Positions 36,740 to 44,994 of a stretch of 64,000 bases of DNA are shown one piece after another. Both the position numbers and the translations under genes were made by a program. Position 1 is the first letter of the stretch, and every line of letters starts with the position of its first letter. The stretch is from positions 292 to 64,291 of the IMG/VR virus record IMGVR_UViG_3300010234_000009. One strand, written 5' to 3'. Origin of the DNA: a virus (lineage: Duplodnaviria; Caudoviricetes). Under the pieces are notes generated by a model, which saw only the letters and a program-made list of their open reading frames with translations, was not told the DNA's origin and made no database searches.

Positions 36740-37084
36740 ATGACGAAATGCAAATGCCTCTGCTGTGACTGGCAGGGAGAGGAGTCGGACGTGCGACTCC
36801 CGATTCCAGACCTCTTTGAGCGACTGGACGACGGTGTCACCGTGATGCCAGCCGGTGAGTGCCCAAACTGCGGGTCACTGGCATACAACGAGGATGCCCT
36901 CGCTGAGATGCAACTGGCGGATGCAGCGCCTGATTTGCTGGCAGCTTGCGAGGCTATTGTGAATCACATTGAGAGCCTTCCCGACGATACCGAGAAGTGC
37001 CGCATACTGAAACTCTCACTCAACAATCGGGCTGGTGACATGATCCGCCAAGCCATCGCCAAGGCCAAAGGGGGTGCCGCATGA
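36740..37084 (+). CDS. Hypothetical protein with Zn-ribbon and AAPDLLAAC motif
   Basis: CKCLCC...CPNC; LADAAPDLLAACE is a common phage motif. Confidence 0.6.
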   Translation: MTKCKCLCCDWQGEESDVRLPIPDLFERLDDGVTVMPAGECPNCGSLAYNEDALAEMQLADAAPDLLAACEAIVNHIESLPDDTEKCRILKLSLNNRAGDMIRQAIAKAKGGAA

Positions 37085-38622
37085 CAGCAACCATCCGAGA
37101 ACCCTGCATCGAACTTGCCAAGGCGAGACTCTACGCCCGGCGCAAGTGGAAGTACGCAAGCACTGCGATCCTCAGTCTGATCCCCGTGCCTCGCAAGGGG
37201 CTGGGGACCATGAGCGTGGATGCGAAGTGGCGACTCTACTACGACCCTGATCACCTGGCAAAGATCAGCACGGAGAGAGCCGGCACAACGATCATGCACG
37301 AGGTGATGCACTGCTTGCTCAAACACTTTGACCGCGCTGGCCGGGTTGTCCCTGCCAACGACAACGAGGCGTGGTTCGAGTGGAACAAGTGGACCGACGT
37401 GGTGATCAACGATGCCCTCATTGCAGAGGGTGGCGACGTCGGTGAAGACTGGTGTACCTCGTCCACTATGAGCGTCGAGGCCGGTAAGTGTGCGGAAACG
37501 TACTTCAAGGAAGCGTGGGCTAAACGTCAACAACAACAACAGGAGAACGAGGATGACGACGAAACAGGAAATGGACCTAAGGCGGAAGACACTGGTGAGG
37601 AACCTGACAACGGACCTGACCAACCTGATCCAACTGGAGACGACGTCGGCAGTGAGGCCGGTGACGGATCAGATGGCGACGGTGAAGGAGAAGATGGAAC
37701 TGCAGAGGGAGATGACGGGAAAGCTGGTCAACCTGATGGAGCAACTGGCGCAGGGTCAGATGGACCTGACCAACCGGGTGAAGGAACTGGAAGCGGCGAT
37801 GCTCAAGGATCAGAACCGGGAGATGCAGGACCAGTGGACGCAACAGAGGCCGGTTGTCCCACCAACGGAGAGCACGTCGGGGGATCGTGTGCCGACGGAA
37901 TCCGACGAGAGTGGGAAGTGAACGACGAGACGCCTGGCGAGGGCGAGCCTGGTGGTCTTGAGGAATACGAGGTCGAGGCAATCCGCAAGGAAGTGGCCGA
38001 GGCAATGGAAGGCTCGCCCGGCAAGAGTGGTGCCTACGGTCGGATGCTGGTTGATGAAGTGCTCAACCCGAGGATCGACCCCAAGCGTCTGCTGATGAAG
38101 GCGGTACGCTGCCACACTGACAACATTCTGTTCGGCAGTGGTGGTCGCTATTCGTACCGTCGCCCGAGTCGGCGCCCATCGCTGACACGCTCGATGATTC
38201 GTCCCCGTTCGTTCCGGCCAGTGCCTCGCATCGTGGTCTGCGTCGATACGTCGGGTTCGATGAAGTACGGCACAAGCCTACCGCTCGCCATGGGCTTGAT
38301 TGCTAACGTGCTTAACGGGTTGTCTCTGCGTGACGGTGTGCGGGTGATCCTGGCCGATACGGAAGTGAAAGACTCCCTCAAGTGCTTCGACCCTTCCAAG
38401 CTGGAAATGGTCGGTGGTGGGGGCACGTCGTTCGCTGGGATGATCCGCGGTGCCGAGGAAATGAAAGCGGATGAGCGACCCGAGTTGTTGATCCTTGTGA
38501 CCGACGGTGAGGACCGCTGGCCGGTTGATCCGCCGGCGTTCCCGGTGGTCGCCTGCTTGACGAAGGAACCGGGGCACTATTGGGATGTGCCCACGTGGGT
38601 GGATCGAGTTAACCTGTACTAA
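37081..38622 (+). CDS. vWA-domain metallopeptidase-like partner of MoxR (DUF2201-like)
   Basis: HEVMH (HExxH), acidic Gly-rich linker, C-terminal VCVDTSGSM MIDAS and LVTDG. Confidence 0.85.
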   Translation: MTATIREPCIELAKARLYARRKWKYASTAILSLIPVPRKGLGTMSVDAKWRLYYDPDHLAKISTERAGTTIMHEVMHCLLKHFDRAGRVVPANDNEAWFEWNKWTDVVINDALIAEGGDVGEDWCTSSTMSVEAGKCAETYFKEAWAKRQQQQQENEDDDETGNGPKAEDTGEEPDNGPDQPDPTGDDVGSEAGDGSDGDGEGEDGTAEGDDGKAGQPDGATGAGSDGPDQPGEGTGSGDAQGSEPGDAGPVDATEAGCPTNGEHVGGSCADGIRREWEVNDETPGEGEPGGLEEYEVEAIRKEVAEAMEGSPGKSGAYGRMLVDEVLNPRIDPKRLLMKAVRCHTDNILFGSGGRYSYRRPSRRPSLTRSMIRPRSFRPVPRIVVCVDTSGSMKYGTSLPLAMGLIANVLNGLSLRDGVRVILADTEVKDSLKCFDPSKLEMVGGGGTSFAGMIRGAEEMKADERPELLILVTDGEDRWPVDPPAFPVVACLTKEPGHYWDVPTWVDRVNLY

Positions 38623-38720
38623 CGGGATGCGTAGTTCCGTCTGTCGGCCGGTGACGACTCCGAACGTCGCCGGCCGGCTAGCGGCACTGTTCAACCCCCT
38701 TTTGGAAAGTGAGTGAGTGT

Positions 38721-40349
38721 ATGACTGCAACTGCTGAACGTGTAACAGCCTTGAAAGAGGCCGGCGAAGACTTCGAGTGGTACCCAACCACTGACGAGAT
38801 ACTTCGCAAGATTGCTTGTCGTATCCAGTCCCGTGTGGACCGGTACTACAGCACCGTGAAGATACTCGACATCGGTGCTGGCGATGGTCGTGCCCTGGTG
38901 CGACTGGAAGACATGATGCGGGGCGAAGATGGTGACCGCGACCGGGTGAGACTGGACAAGTTCGCTATCGAAAAGAGCATGATCCACTTGGCGAACATGC
39001 CCAAGGAGATTGTGGTCATTGGCACGGACTTCTACGAGCAAACACTCGTGGATAAGAAGTTCGATGCCATCTTTTGCAACCCTCCCTACTCGGAGTATGA
39101 GACGTGGGTGCATCGCATCCTCAAAGAGTGCGATGCCGAGCACGTCTACCTCGTGATCCCGAAGCGGTGGCGAGACAACCAGCGGATCAACCAGTTGGTC
39201 GAAGACCTCGGCGCAACGGTGGACTCGTTGGGTGAGTTTGACTTTGAGCGTGCTGAACGGCAGGCGAGGGCGAAGGTCGAGATTGTCCACTTCACGGTTC
39301 GCCGCAGGGAGCACAGTGCGTTCGACGCTGCCATTGAGGACATGCTTCCCGAGTTGGACCGCTTCGACGTCGAGGTCGAGGACATGCCAACCGACGAACC
39401 ATGGGAGAAGCGGATCGCAGAAGGCGGTACCGTGATCGACTCGTTGGTGGCAGCATACGATACCGAGCAGCAGGAGCTACTTGATACCTACCGTGAGGTG
39501 GTCAAGATCAACCCGTTCCTGCTGAAAGAGTTGGGTGTCACCAAGGCGAACATCATGGTGGGGATTCGTGAGAAGATCATGAGCCTCAAGAACCGCTACT
39601 GGGCGGTGCTGTTCGACCACCTGAAAGACATCACCAAACGGTTCGCCACCAAGCAGCGGAAGGCGTTCCTTGACTCGCTTACGAGCAAGACGGTGATTGA
39701 CTTCACCCATGGCAACGTCCGGTCCATGCTGATCTGGATTAGCAAGTGGGGGAGTGACTACTTCGATGAGCAGTTGGTCGAACTGTTTCAAGCGATGGCG
39801 ACACACGCCAACGTGGAGAACTACAAGAGCAACCACAAGGTTTACACCGAGGGTCGCTATCGTTATCAGAACGAGAAACACGACCACTGCAAGGTGGAAT
39901 ACCGGCTCGTGATGGAGTACATGGGTGGAGTTCACAAGGGACAGTACACCAAGTGGGACTATCCCAACGGACTCGCCCAACGGGGGCATGAGTTCCTGGA
40001 GGACTTCATCACCGTTGCCAACAACCTCGGGTTCGCTTGCGACGACTCGTCTCTCAACTACCAGTGGGAGTCGAACAGCAAGGTGGAATTGTTTCTCAAC
40101 GATGGCACATTGCTGATGGACGTCCGGGCGTTCAAGAACGGGAACATGCACATCCGGGTGTCCAAACGTGTCATGCTGGCGATTAACATTCAGGCCGGCA
40201 AGTTGCTGGGCTGGCTCAAGAACGCCGACGATATGTACCGCGAACTGGACATCGAACCGGAAGACTTTGAGTTTGCCGGCAAGACGTTCAAGATCAGCAA
40301 CCGCATTACCGCCAACAACCTACTCAAACTGGAGAACAAAGCAGGCTAA
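38721..40349 (+). CDS. N6-adenine DNA methyltransferase with DUF4942-like C-terminus
   Basis: EWYPT, ILDIGAGDG (SAM binding), CNPPYS (motif IV); C-terminal RAFKNGNMHIR. Confidence 0.8.
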   Translation: MTATAERVTALKEAGEDFEWYPTTDEILRKIACRIQSRVDRYYSTVKILDIGAGDGRALVRLEDMMRGEDGDRDRVRLDKFAIEKSMIHLANMPKEIVVIGTDFYEQTLVDKKFDAIFCNPPYSEYETWVHRILKECDAEHVYLVIPKRWRDNQRINQLVEDLGATVDSLGEFDFERAERQARAKVEIVHFTVRRREHSAFDAAIEDMLPELDRFDVEVEDMPTDEPWEKRIAEGGTVIDSLVAAYDTEQQELLDTYREVVKINPFLLKELGVTKANIMVGIREKIMSLKNRYWAVLFDHLKDITKRFATKQRKAFLDSLTSKTVIDFTHGNVRSMLIWISKWGSDYFDEQLVELFQAMATHANVENYKSNHKVYTEGRYRYQNEKHDHCKVEYRLVMEYMGGVHKGQYTKWDYPNGLAQRGHEFLEDFITVANNLGFACDDSSLNYQWESNSKVELFLNDGTLLMDVRAFKNGNMHIRVSKRVMLAINIQAGKLLGWLKNADDMYRELDIEPEDFEFAGKTFKISNRITANNLLKLENKAG

Positions 40350-40396
40350 GCGTTAACGGTTCCGAGTTTTTACTAACCCTCTTTTGGAGAATCTAC

Positions 40397-40525
40397 ATGA
40401 GTCAGAACAACATCTTTGTGAACGGTCCCAAGCGTGACTTCCCTCACCTGTTGCACCTGGTGCTGACAATCCTGACGTGCGGTCTGTGGCTGCCGATCTG
40501 GATTCTCGCCTACATTTTCAGCTAG
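40397..40525 (+). CDS. Small membrane protein (42 aa)
   Basis: MSQNNIFVNGPKRDFPHLLHLVLTILTCGLWLPIWILAYIFS after the leader motif. Confidence 0.65.
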   Translation: MSQNNIFVNGPKRDFPHLLHLVLTILTCGLWLPIWILAYIFS

Positions 40526-40632
40526 GACTAAACCGAGGCTTGTAGCCTCGTCGGGGTGCTGCGTTTTCCTGCGATCGCGCAGCACCCTAGCGATGCTATC
40601 AACCGCTTTGGCACGGAAGGAAAATTATTCTG

Positions 40633-40860
40633 ATGACATGCCCAACCTGCGACCATACGTTGCACAACATCACGATTGGCGAGGGGGTTGGTACCTTTTG
40701 GTGCCCCCGGTGTGGAACCCTCAGCGACACGACAGGGCACGAACGCCCCAAGCTGGCGCATGAGGTCTACGCTAACCGGCCGAAGTCTGTAACTGGCGAC
40801 AGTGACGTCACAATTGGCTTATCCAAGGATGGTTCGTTTGAGGTCATCAAAGTGGAGTGA
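40633..40860 (+). CDS. Zn-ribbon small protein
   Basis: CPTC...CPRC. Confidence 0.6.
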   Translation: MTCPTCDHTLHNITIGEGVGTFWCPRCGTLSDTTGHERPKLAHEVYANRPKSVTGDSDVTIGLSKDGSFEVIKVE

Positions 40861-41276
40861 GTGAATTGATCATCACATACCGAGGAAATCACATCAACGT
40901 CGAGCGGGAGGGCAAGCGTTTCCACTACACCGCGAGGGTCAATCGCAACGAGAAGGGCACGTACCTTGGCGGATGGGGGCGCACACCTGTACGAACCGTG
41001 ACCTCCACAGTGTGCGATATGGGCAGTCGAAACTGGAAGCGGGCGATTCGCAAGCTGGAGGTGTGGATCGACTACGAGCTAGAACACTGGGAATTGCGAA
41101 TCACTCTCGACAACCTAATGAAGCGAGTGAACCTCGCGACCACTGCTGTGATCTGCGATATGTTTGCTGACCATGGTGTGAGCGAAGTTTATGATGAGAT
41201 GAGTCTGGACGATCTAAGGTGGGGGATCGAACAAGTGGGACTCTTTGCCAACCCCGCTGCTACAACCGAGGAGTGA
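40857..41276 (+). CDS. Hypothetical protein
   Basis: 139 aa, coupled to both neighbours. Confidence 0.55.
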   Translation: MSELIITYRGNHINVEREGKRFHYTARVNRNEKGTYLGGWGRTPVRTVTSTVCDMGSRNWKRAIRKLEVWIDYELEHWELRITLDNLMKRVNLATTAVICDMFADHGVSEVYDEMSLDDLRWGIEQVGLFANPAATTEE

Positions 41277-41278
41277 GT

Positions 41279-42433
41279 ATGTTTGAGATTAACGTGGAAG
41301 GCTTGAAGGAACTGGAGGGGGGCAAGGAACCGTGGCGTCTCGCCCTCGAGCCGGTAGCCAACGTGTTCGATGAGTTCCGCGGTTACGGGGATGGTACCCG
41401 TAAGAAACCTTTGGACTGCGACGTCTTCTTCCGCAAGGACGATGATGGTCGTGGTATCTGGATGGATGTTCGGGACAACGGTGCTGGGTTCTCCCGGCCC
41501 GAGGACATCTGGACGTTGTTCGGCACGACCGCGAAGCGTGGTTCTGCCGAGGTTGCTGGCCGGTTCAACGCCGGCGACAAGCAGTTGATTGCCTCTGCCC
41601 TCGAGGCGCAGGTGGTTACGGGTAGTCACAGTGTGACCTTCTGCGACGGTCAACGTACCGTCAATGAAGTGGTGCCTCCCTTTGGTGGAACCGAGGTCAG
41701 CGTCTTGATGCCTTGGTCGATCAAGGACAAGGATGACGTGATCGCGAAGCTACGCACGGTGATCCCGCCTCGGGGGCTGTGCTACAACGTGGATCGGTCC
41801 ACTGTCCTGCCTCCGCCACTCGTCATTGGGTGCGCCGTCACGCTGCCCACGGTGGCGCTGCTGGATGGGGTGATGAAGACCACCAACCGCAAGGGGCGTG
41901 TCTACGTGATGGACACACCCGATGAGGCGTTCCTCTACGAACTGGGTGTGCCCGTGTGCTCGCTCAAGGACGTGGGCTTCCCCTACTCTCTCGACGTTCA
42001 CCAAAAGGTTCCGGTGCCGATGTCGCGAGACTCTGTGTCTCCCAAGTGGATGTTCCGCCTGATCGGTGGAGTCATCCAAGCGGCGACCCTCGATGGGGAA
42101 GTGCTGTTGTCACCCGAGGAGCAAGGTGCCCCCTTCATCAAGGGCGCTCTGGAGTGGGTGCGTGACGCCGGTGCGTTGCAGGCCACCATTAAGCAACTCT
42201 ACGGCGACGAAGCGGTGCGTCAGTCGTCGGATTCGCTCGCCAATGCGCAAGCTGTTCAGGCCGGCGCAACGGTGGTCAGCGGCAAGTGGTTCACGGACGA
42301 CACTCGCCGGCGGCTGGCCGACGAGAGCATCATGCCAACTGCCAAGGAAAAGTTTGGGGGAACGCCTGCCCCCGAGAACGGCAATAGCGGTCCTTCAACC
42401 TGTCCTCGATGCGGGGGCGTAGGAGTCGTATGA
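41279..42433 (+). CDS. GHKL (HSP90/MORC-like) ATPase
   Basis: LEPVANVFDE (N box), DVRDNGAGF (G1), LFGTTAK, AGRFNAGDK (G2). SD GAGGAG upstream. Confidence 0.8.
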   Translation: MFEINVEGLKELEGGKEPWRLALEPVANVFDEFRGYGDGTRKKPLDCDVFFRKDDDGRGIWMDVRDNGAGFSRPEDIWTLFGTTAKRGSAEVAGRFNAGDKQLIASALEAQVVTGSHSVTFCDGQRTVNEVVPPFGGTEVSVLMPWSIKDKDDVIAKLRTVIPPRGLCYNVDRSTVLPPPLVIGCAVTLPTVALLDGVMKTTNRKGRVYVMDTPDEAFLYELGVPVCSLKDVGFPYSLDVHQKVPVPMSRDSVSPKWMFRLIGGVIQAATLDGEVLLSPEEQGAPFIKGALEWVRDAGALQATIKQLYGDEAVRQSSDSLANAQAVQAGATVVSGKWFTDDTRRRLADESIMPTAKEKFGGTPAPENGNSGPSTCPRCGGVGVV

Positions 42434-42708
42434 GTGAAAACGATCTGTCCGATCTGATGGTCGAGTCGATTGCGTTCGACGTACAGGACGCAGTGGGAAT
42501 ATCAGTCGGTGCGTGGCGTGATAAACTTGTGGAGTCCGAAGGCTGGGGTGAGGTGAATATCGACATATCGATCGCCTTCGGGCTTGCCTTCTCTGCCGCG
42601 GACTTGCTGTTTGAAGGAGTGTCGGTCGGCGACAAAAGGTTGTTGGCGCAGAAGTACATTGCTGTGCTCAACGACTTTGCGAGACGTGATCTGGAAGATA
42701 ACCATTAA
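42430..42708 (+). CDS. Small acidic hypothetical protein immediately upstream of the RT-associated RNA
   Basis: 92 aa, ATGA overlap with the GHKL gene, AGGAG SD. Confidence 0.6.
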   Translation: MSENDLSDLMVESIAFDVQDAVGISVGAWRDKLVESEGWGEVNIDISIAFGLAFSAADLLFEGVSVGDKRLLAQKYIAVLNDFARRDLEDNH

Positions 42709-42713
42709 CCTTT

Positions 42714-43181
42714 CCCCCTGTCAGTGGCAACCTGCGATGATACGCAATCGGTGCGATCGCCGAGACTTGCATTCGCTACTATTCGCGAGTCGCATTTGTG
42801 GGAAAACGCGATGCACTGGCAGGGGGGCTTTGAAACAGTGGGATTGGCCGCGAGAGGGAGCACGTTGTTTCCTCATCTCCCGGCCGGCACTGGGCGTCAA
42901 CGGTGCCAAGCATTCTCGAACGGTTCGACCGTCGGCCAATCCCTTTTACTACGTTGTGACCTGCCCTAGCGTGTGGCTTAATGAGTGCGATGTTTTCGTC
43001 ACATGCTGGGTCACCAGCACATGCCCGTTGCGAATCGCCGGGGCCATGTTTGCACGTTCCAAGGAAGTGTAAAGTTCGTCGTCCTAAAAGTGAAAACTCG
43101 AGCCTCCGCTATGCTGCGGTTCTGCGAAAGTTTTAACTTTTACTAGACAATCTTTACCCTTGCACACCTGGGGCGGGTCAC
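42714..43181 (+). ncRNA. RT-associated structured RNA with three domains; the third has retron msr/msd-like geometry
   Basis: Closing stems: 42714-42726/42814-42826 (13 bp), 42840-42850/42933-42943 (11 bp, perfect), 42956-42975/43163-43181 (19 bp plus a 1-nt bulge). Each encloses 3-4 hairpins. Confidence 0.7.
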
Positions 43182-43206
43182 TTTTTTACAACACGATGGG
43201 GACCAC

Positions 43207-44076
43207 GTGAAACGCATTTTCATAAGCAAGCGAGGCGGGGGCAAGCGACTGGTCTACGCCTGCACTCGCAACGAGGTGATGAAGTATTGGTCGCTCTTTT
43301 ACCACCGGCTCGTGAAGATGCAGCACCAGCACCTACCACCTGGCGTAGCGCACGGGTTTGTGCCTGGCCGGTCACCGGTCACCAACGCAATGATGCACGT
43401 GAGCTATCGACACACGCTCAGTATGGACCTCAAAGACTTCTTCGATACGGTGACTCCGAACAACTGCAAGCCGGTCGTGGACGAGTACGCTGGGAAGTTC
43501 ATCACCAAAGAGAACGCCCCTGGCAGCCAGCTACCTTGCAACATCCTCAGAAACCGTCGAGGCGAACCCAACGACCGGCCAGCACTTCATGCGTTGTTCG
43601 TTGACGGTTGCGCCCGGCAGGGGATACCGACCTCGCCTATGGTGGCGAACATCGCCGCGGCCGACATGGACTGGCGGATCGAGACAACATGCCGGGGACT
43701 GGGGGTGATGTTCACCCGCTACGCAGACGATCTAACATTCAGCTTCAACGATCCCAGCCTGCGCAAGCGACTGATGGAACTGGTATTCACCGAGGCACAA
43801 CGGAAGCGGTTCCGAGTGAACCGACGCAAGACACACTTCATGAGCGCGACGCAAGGCCGGCGGATCATCACGGGCGTTGCGGTCGATGACGCGATCCATC
43901 CCACTCGCAAGCTACGACGCAAGATGAGGGCGGCAGCACACCAGTGCAACTGGGCGAGCCTGGACGGAATGAGAGAGTGGGCGAAGCTGAAACTCCCCAA
44001 GGGGTTTGTCGAGGAAGACAAGCGGGGGCGTCAAGCCTGGACGAGAGTGAGTGACGATCTGTACGGCAAGTTTTAA
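43207..44076 (+). CDS. Retron-type reverse transcriptase (stand-alone, 289 aa)
   Basis: KRGGGKR, AHGF..GRS..TNAMMH (retron region X, NAxxH), MDLKDFF, QGIPTSPMVANI, TRYADDLTFS, IITGV (region Y, VTG-like). Confidence 0.9.
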   Translation: MKRIFISKRGGGKRLVYACTRNEVMKYWSLFYHRLVKMQHQHLPPGVAHGFVPGRSPVTNAMMHVSYRHTLSMDLKDFFDTVTPNNCKPVVDEYAGKFITKENAPGSQLPCNILRNRRGEPNDRPALHALFVDGCARQGIPTSPMVANIAAADMDWRIETTCRGLGVMFTRYADDLTFSFNDPSLRKRLMELVFTEAQRKRFRVNRRKTHFMSATQGRRIITGVAVDDAIHPTRKLRRKMRAAAHQCNWASLDGMREWAKLKLPKGFVEEDKRGRQAWTRVSDDLYGKF

Positions 44077-44100
44077 CCGGGAATCGGAAGGGGTTCCGTA

Positions 44101-44150
44101 GGCGCGGGTGGGCATTTCCAGACATCCACCCGCGCCGCCTCGGTTTTTAT
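44101..44150 (+). terminator. Hairpin/terminator between the RT and the recombinase
   Basis: GGCGCGGGTGG 44101-44111 / CCACCCGCGCC 44126-44136 perfect 11-bp stem, with a T5 run shortly after. Confidence 0.55.
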
Positions 44151-44172
44151 TCCAACCCACGAGGGACCAGCC

Positions 44173-44994
44173 ATGCGAAAACCATTTGTTTACTGCTACA
44201 CCCGGGTGAGCACCCTGGATCAAGTCGATGGGCACTCCCTCGGCGACCAGTCCACTCGCTTCTTGGAGAAGTACGCTCGCAGCCTGAGCGAGAAATACGA
44301 CCTCGGTTGCATCATCAAGGATGAAGGGGTCAGCGCGTCCAAAGTCCCGCTGTTCAAGCGGCGAGAGGGACGCAAGCTGCGACTGGTGGGCGACCACGTC
44401 GAGGGGATCATTCAGCCCGGCGACATGATCTACTTCGACAAGATGTCGAGGGGGTTTCGCTCGGTTAGGGATTGGTCGAACTGCCTGGACTACTTCCGCG
44501 AGGCTGGGGTGGAACTTTCCTTCGGCGACATCGAGGGGTCGGGCGAGGGCGGGGGAACTGCCGTGTCGAAACTGATTATGAACATCCTCAGCACCGTCTG
44601 CCAGTTTGAGTCAGACTTAAAGTCCGAGTATGCCCTTGAGCGTAACGCCTCTGCTAAGTACCTCGGGGCACCAGCCAGCGGTGGGAAGGCGCCACTCGGA
44701 TGGAAGAAGGTCAAGCGTGATGGGGGGACGTACCTGGAACTCTGCTACCTCACTCGCCGGCTGATGCAGCAAATCGTGAAGTGGCGGGATGAGGGTCGCA
44801 CCTACTACTGGATTCAGACCCAAGCGGAATGCCTTTGGGCACGTATCCACGGCATCGATCCGCCGGTAGGTGGGCACGAGGATCACCGGACTGCGTTCTA
44901 CCCATGGCACTTCACGAATCGCTCAAAGATCATCAAGTGGGAAGCAGCCGGCCGGGCGCTGATGGACAAGGGCGAACTCGATAAGCTGCCCTAG
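44173..44994 (+). CDS. Serine recombinase (resolvase/invertase catalytic domain plus short C-terminal extension)
   Basis: YCYTRVSTLDQ (catalytic Ser), SLGDQ, DEGVSA, FDKMSRGFRS, GGKAPLGW. Confidence 0.85.
   Translation: MRKPFVYCYTRVSTLDQVDGHSLGDQSTRFLEKYARSLSEKYDLGCIIKDEGVSASKVPLFKRREGRKLRLVGDHVEGIIQPGDMIYFDKMSRGFRSVRDWSNCLDYFREAGVELSFGDIEGSGEGGGTAVSKLIMNILSTVCQFESDLKSEYALERNASAKYLGAPASGGKAPLGWKKVKRDGGTYLELCYLTRRLMQQIVKWRDEGRTYYWIQTQAECLWARIHGIDPPVGGHEDHRTAFYPWHFTNRSKIIKWEAAGRALMDKGELDKLP

Larger units (their letters stand above)
30712..40389 (+). promoter_or_regulatory. Dispersed leader motif (AACCC-Yn-TGGAG/TGGAA, often followed by WGTGA) before 11 early genes
   Basis: Copies at 30712, 31430, 31972, 32661, 33095, 33467, 34486, 35484, 36718, 38693 and 40375, each 7-14 nt before an ATG. 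Confidence 0.75.

Noticed and set aside
40608-40625. Third sigma54 promoter (TTGGCACGG)
   Set aside because: The -24 box is present but there is no GC at -12 (AA instead), and no inverted partner was found upstream.
42409-43072. Track ORFs 42584..43072, 42724..42969 and 42721..42939 over the RT upstream region
   Set aside because: No SD, atypical composition, mutually overlapping. The dense base-pairing is better explained by RNA structure.
43207-44076. RT as part of a diversity-generating retroelement
   Set aside because: Motifs are retron-like (NAxxH, ITG), and I saw no TR/VR repeat pair differing at adenines and no Avd-like gene. The two LamG domains are not near-identical in DNA. A self-BLAST would settle it.
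42714-44150. Group II intron
   Set aside because: The RT lacks a maturase X/En extension, no domain V/VI consensus follows it, and no interrupted host gene is evident.
44173-44994. Large serine integrase implying a chromosomal prophage
   Set aside because: At 273 aa it lacks the full recombinase/Zn-ribbon/coiled-coil region, and no att site or host genes are visible.
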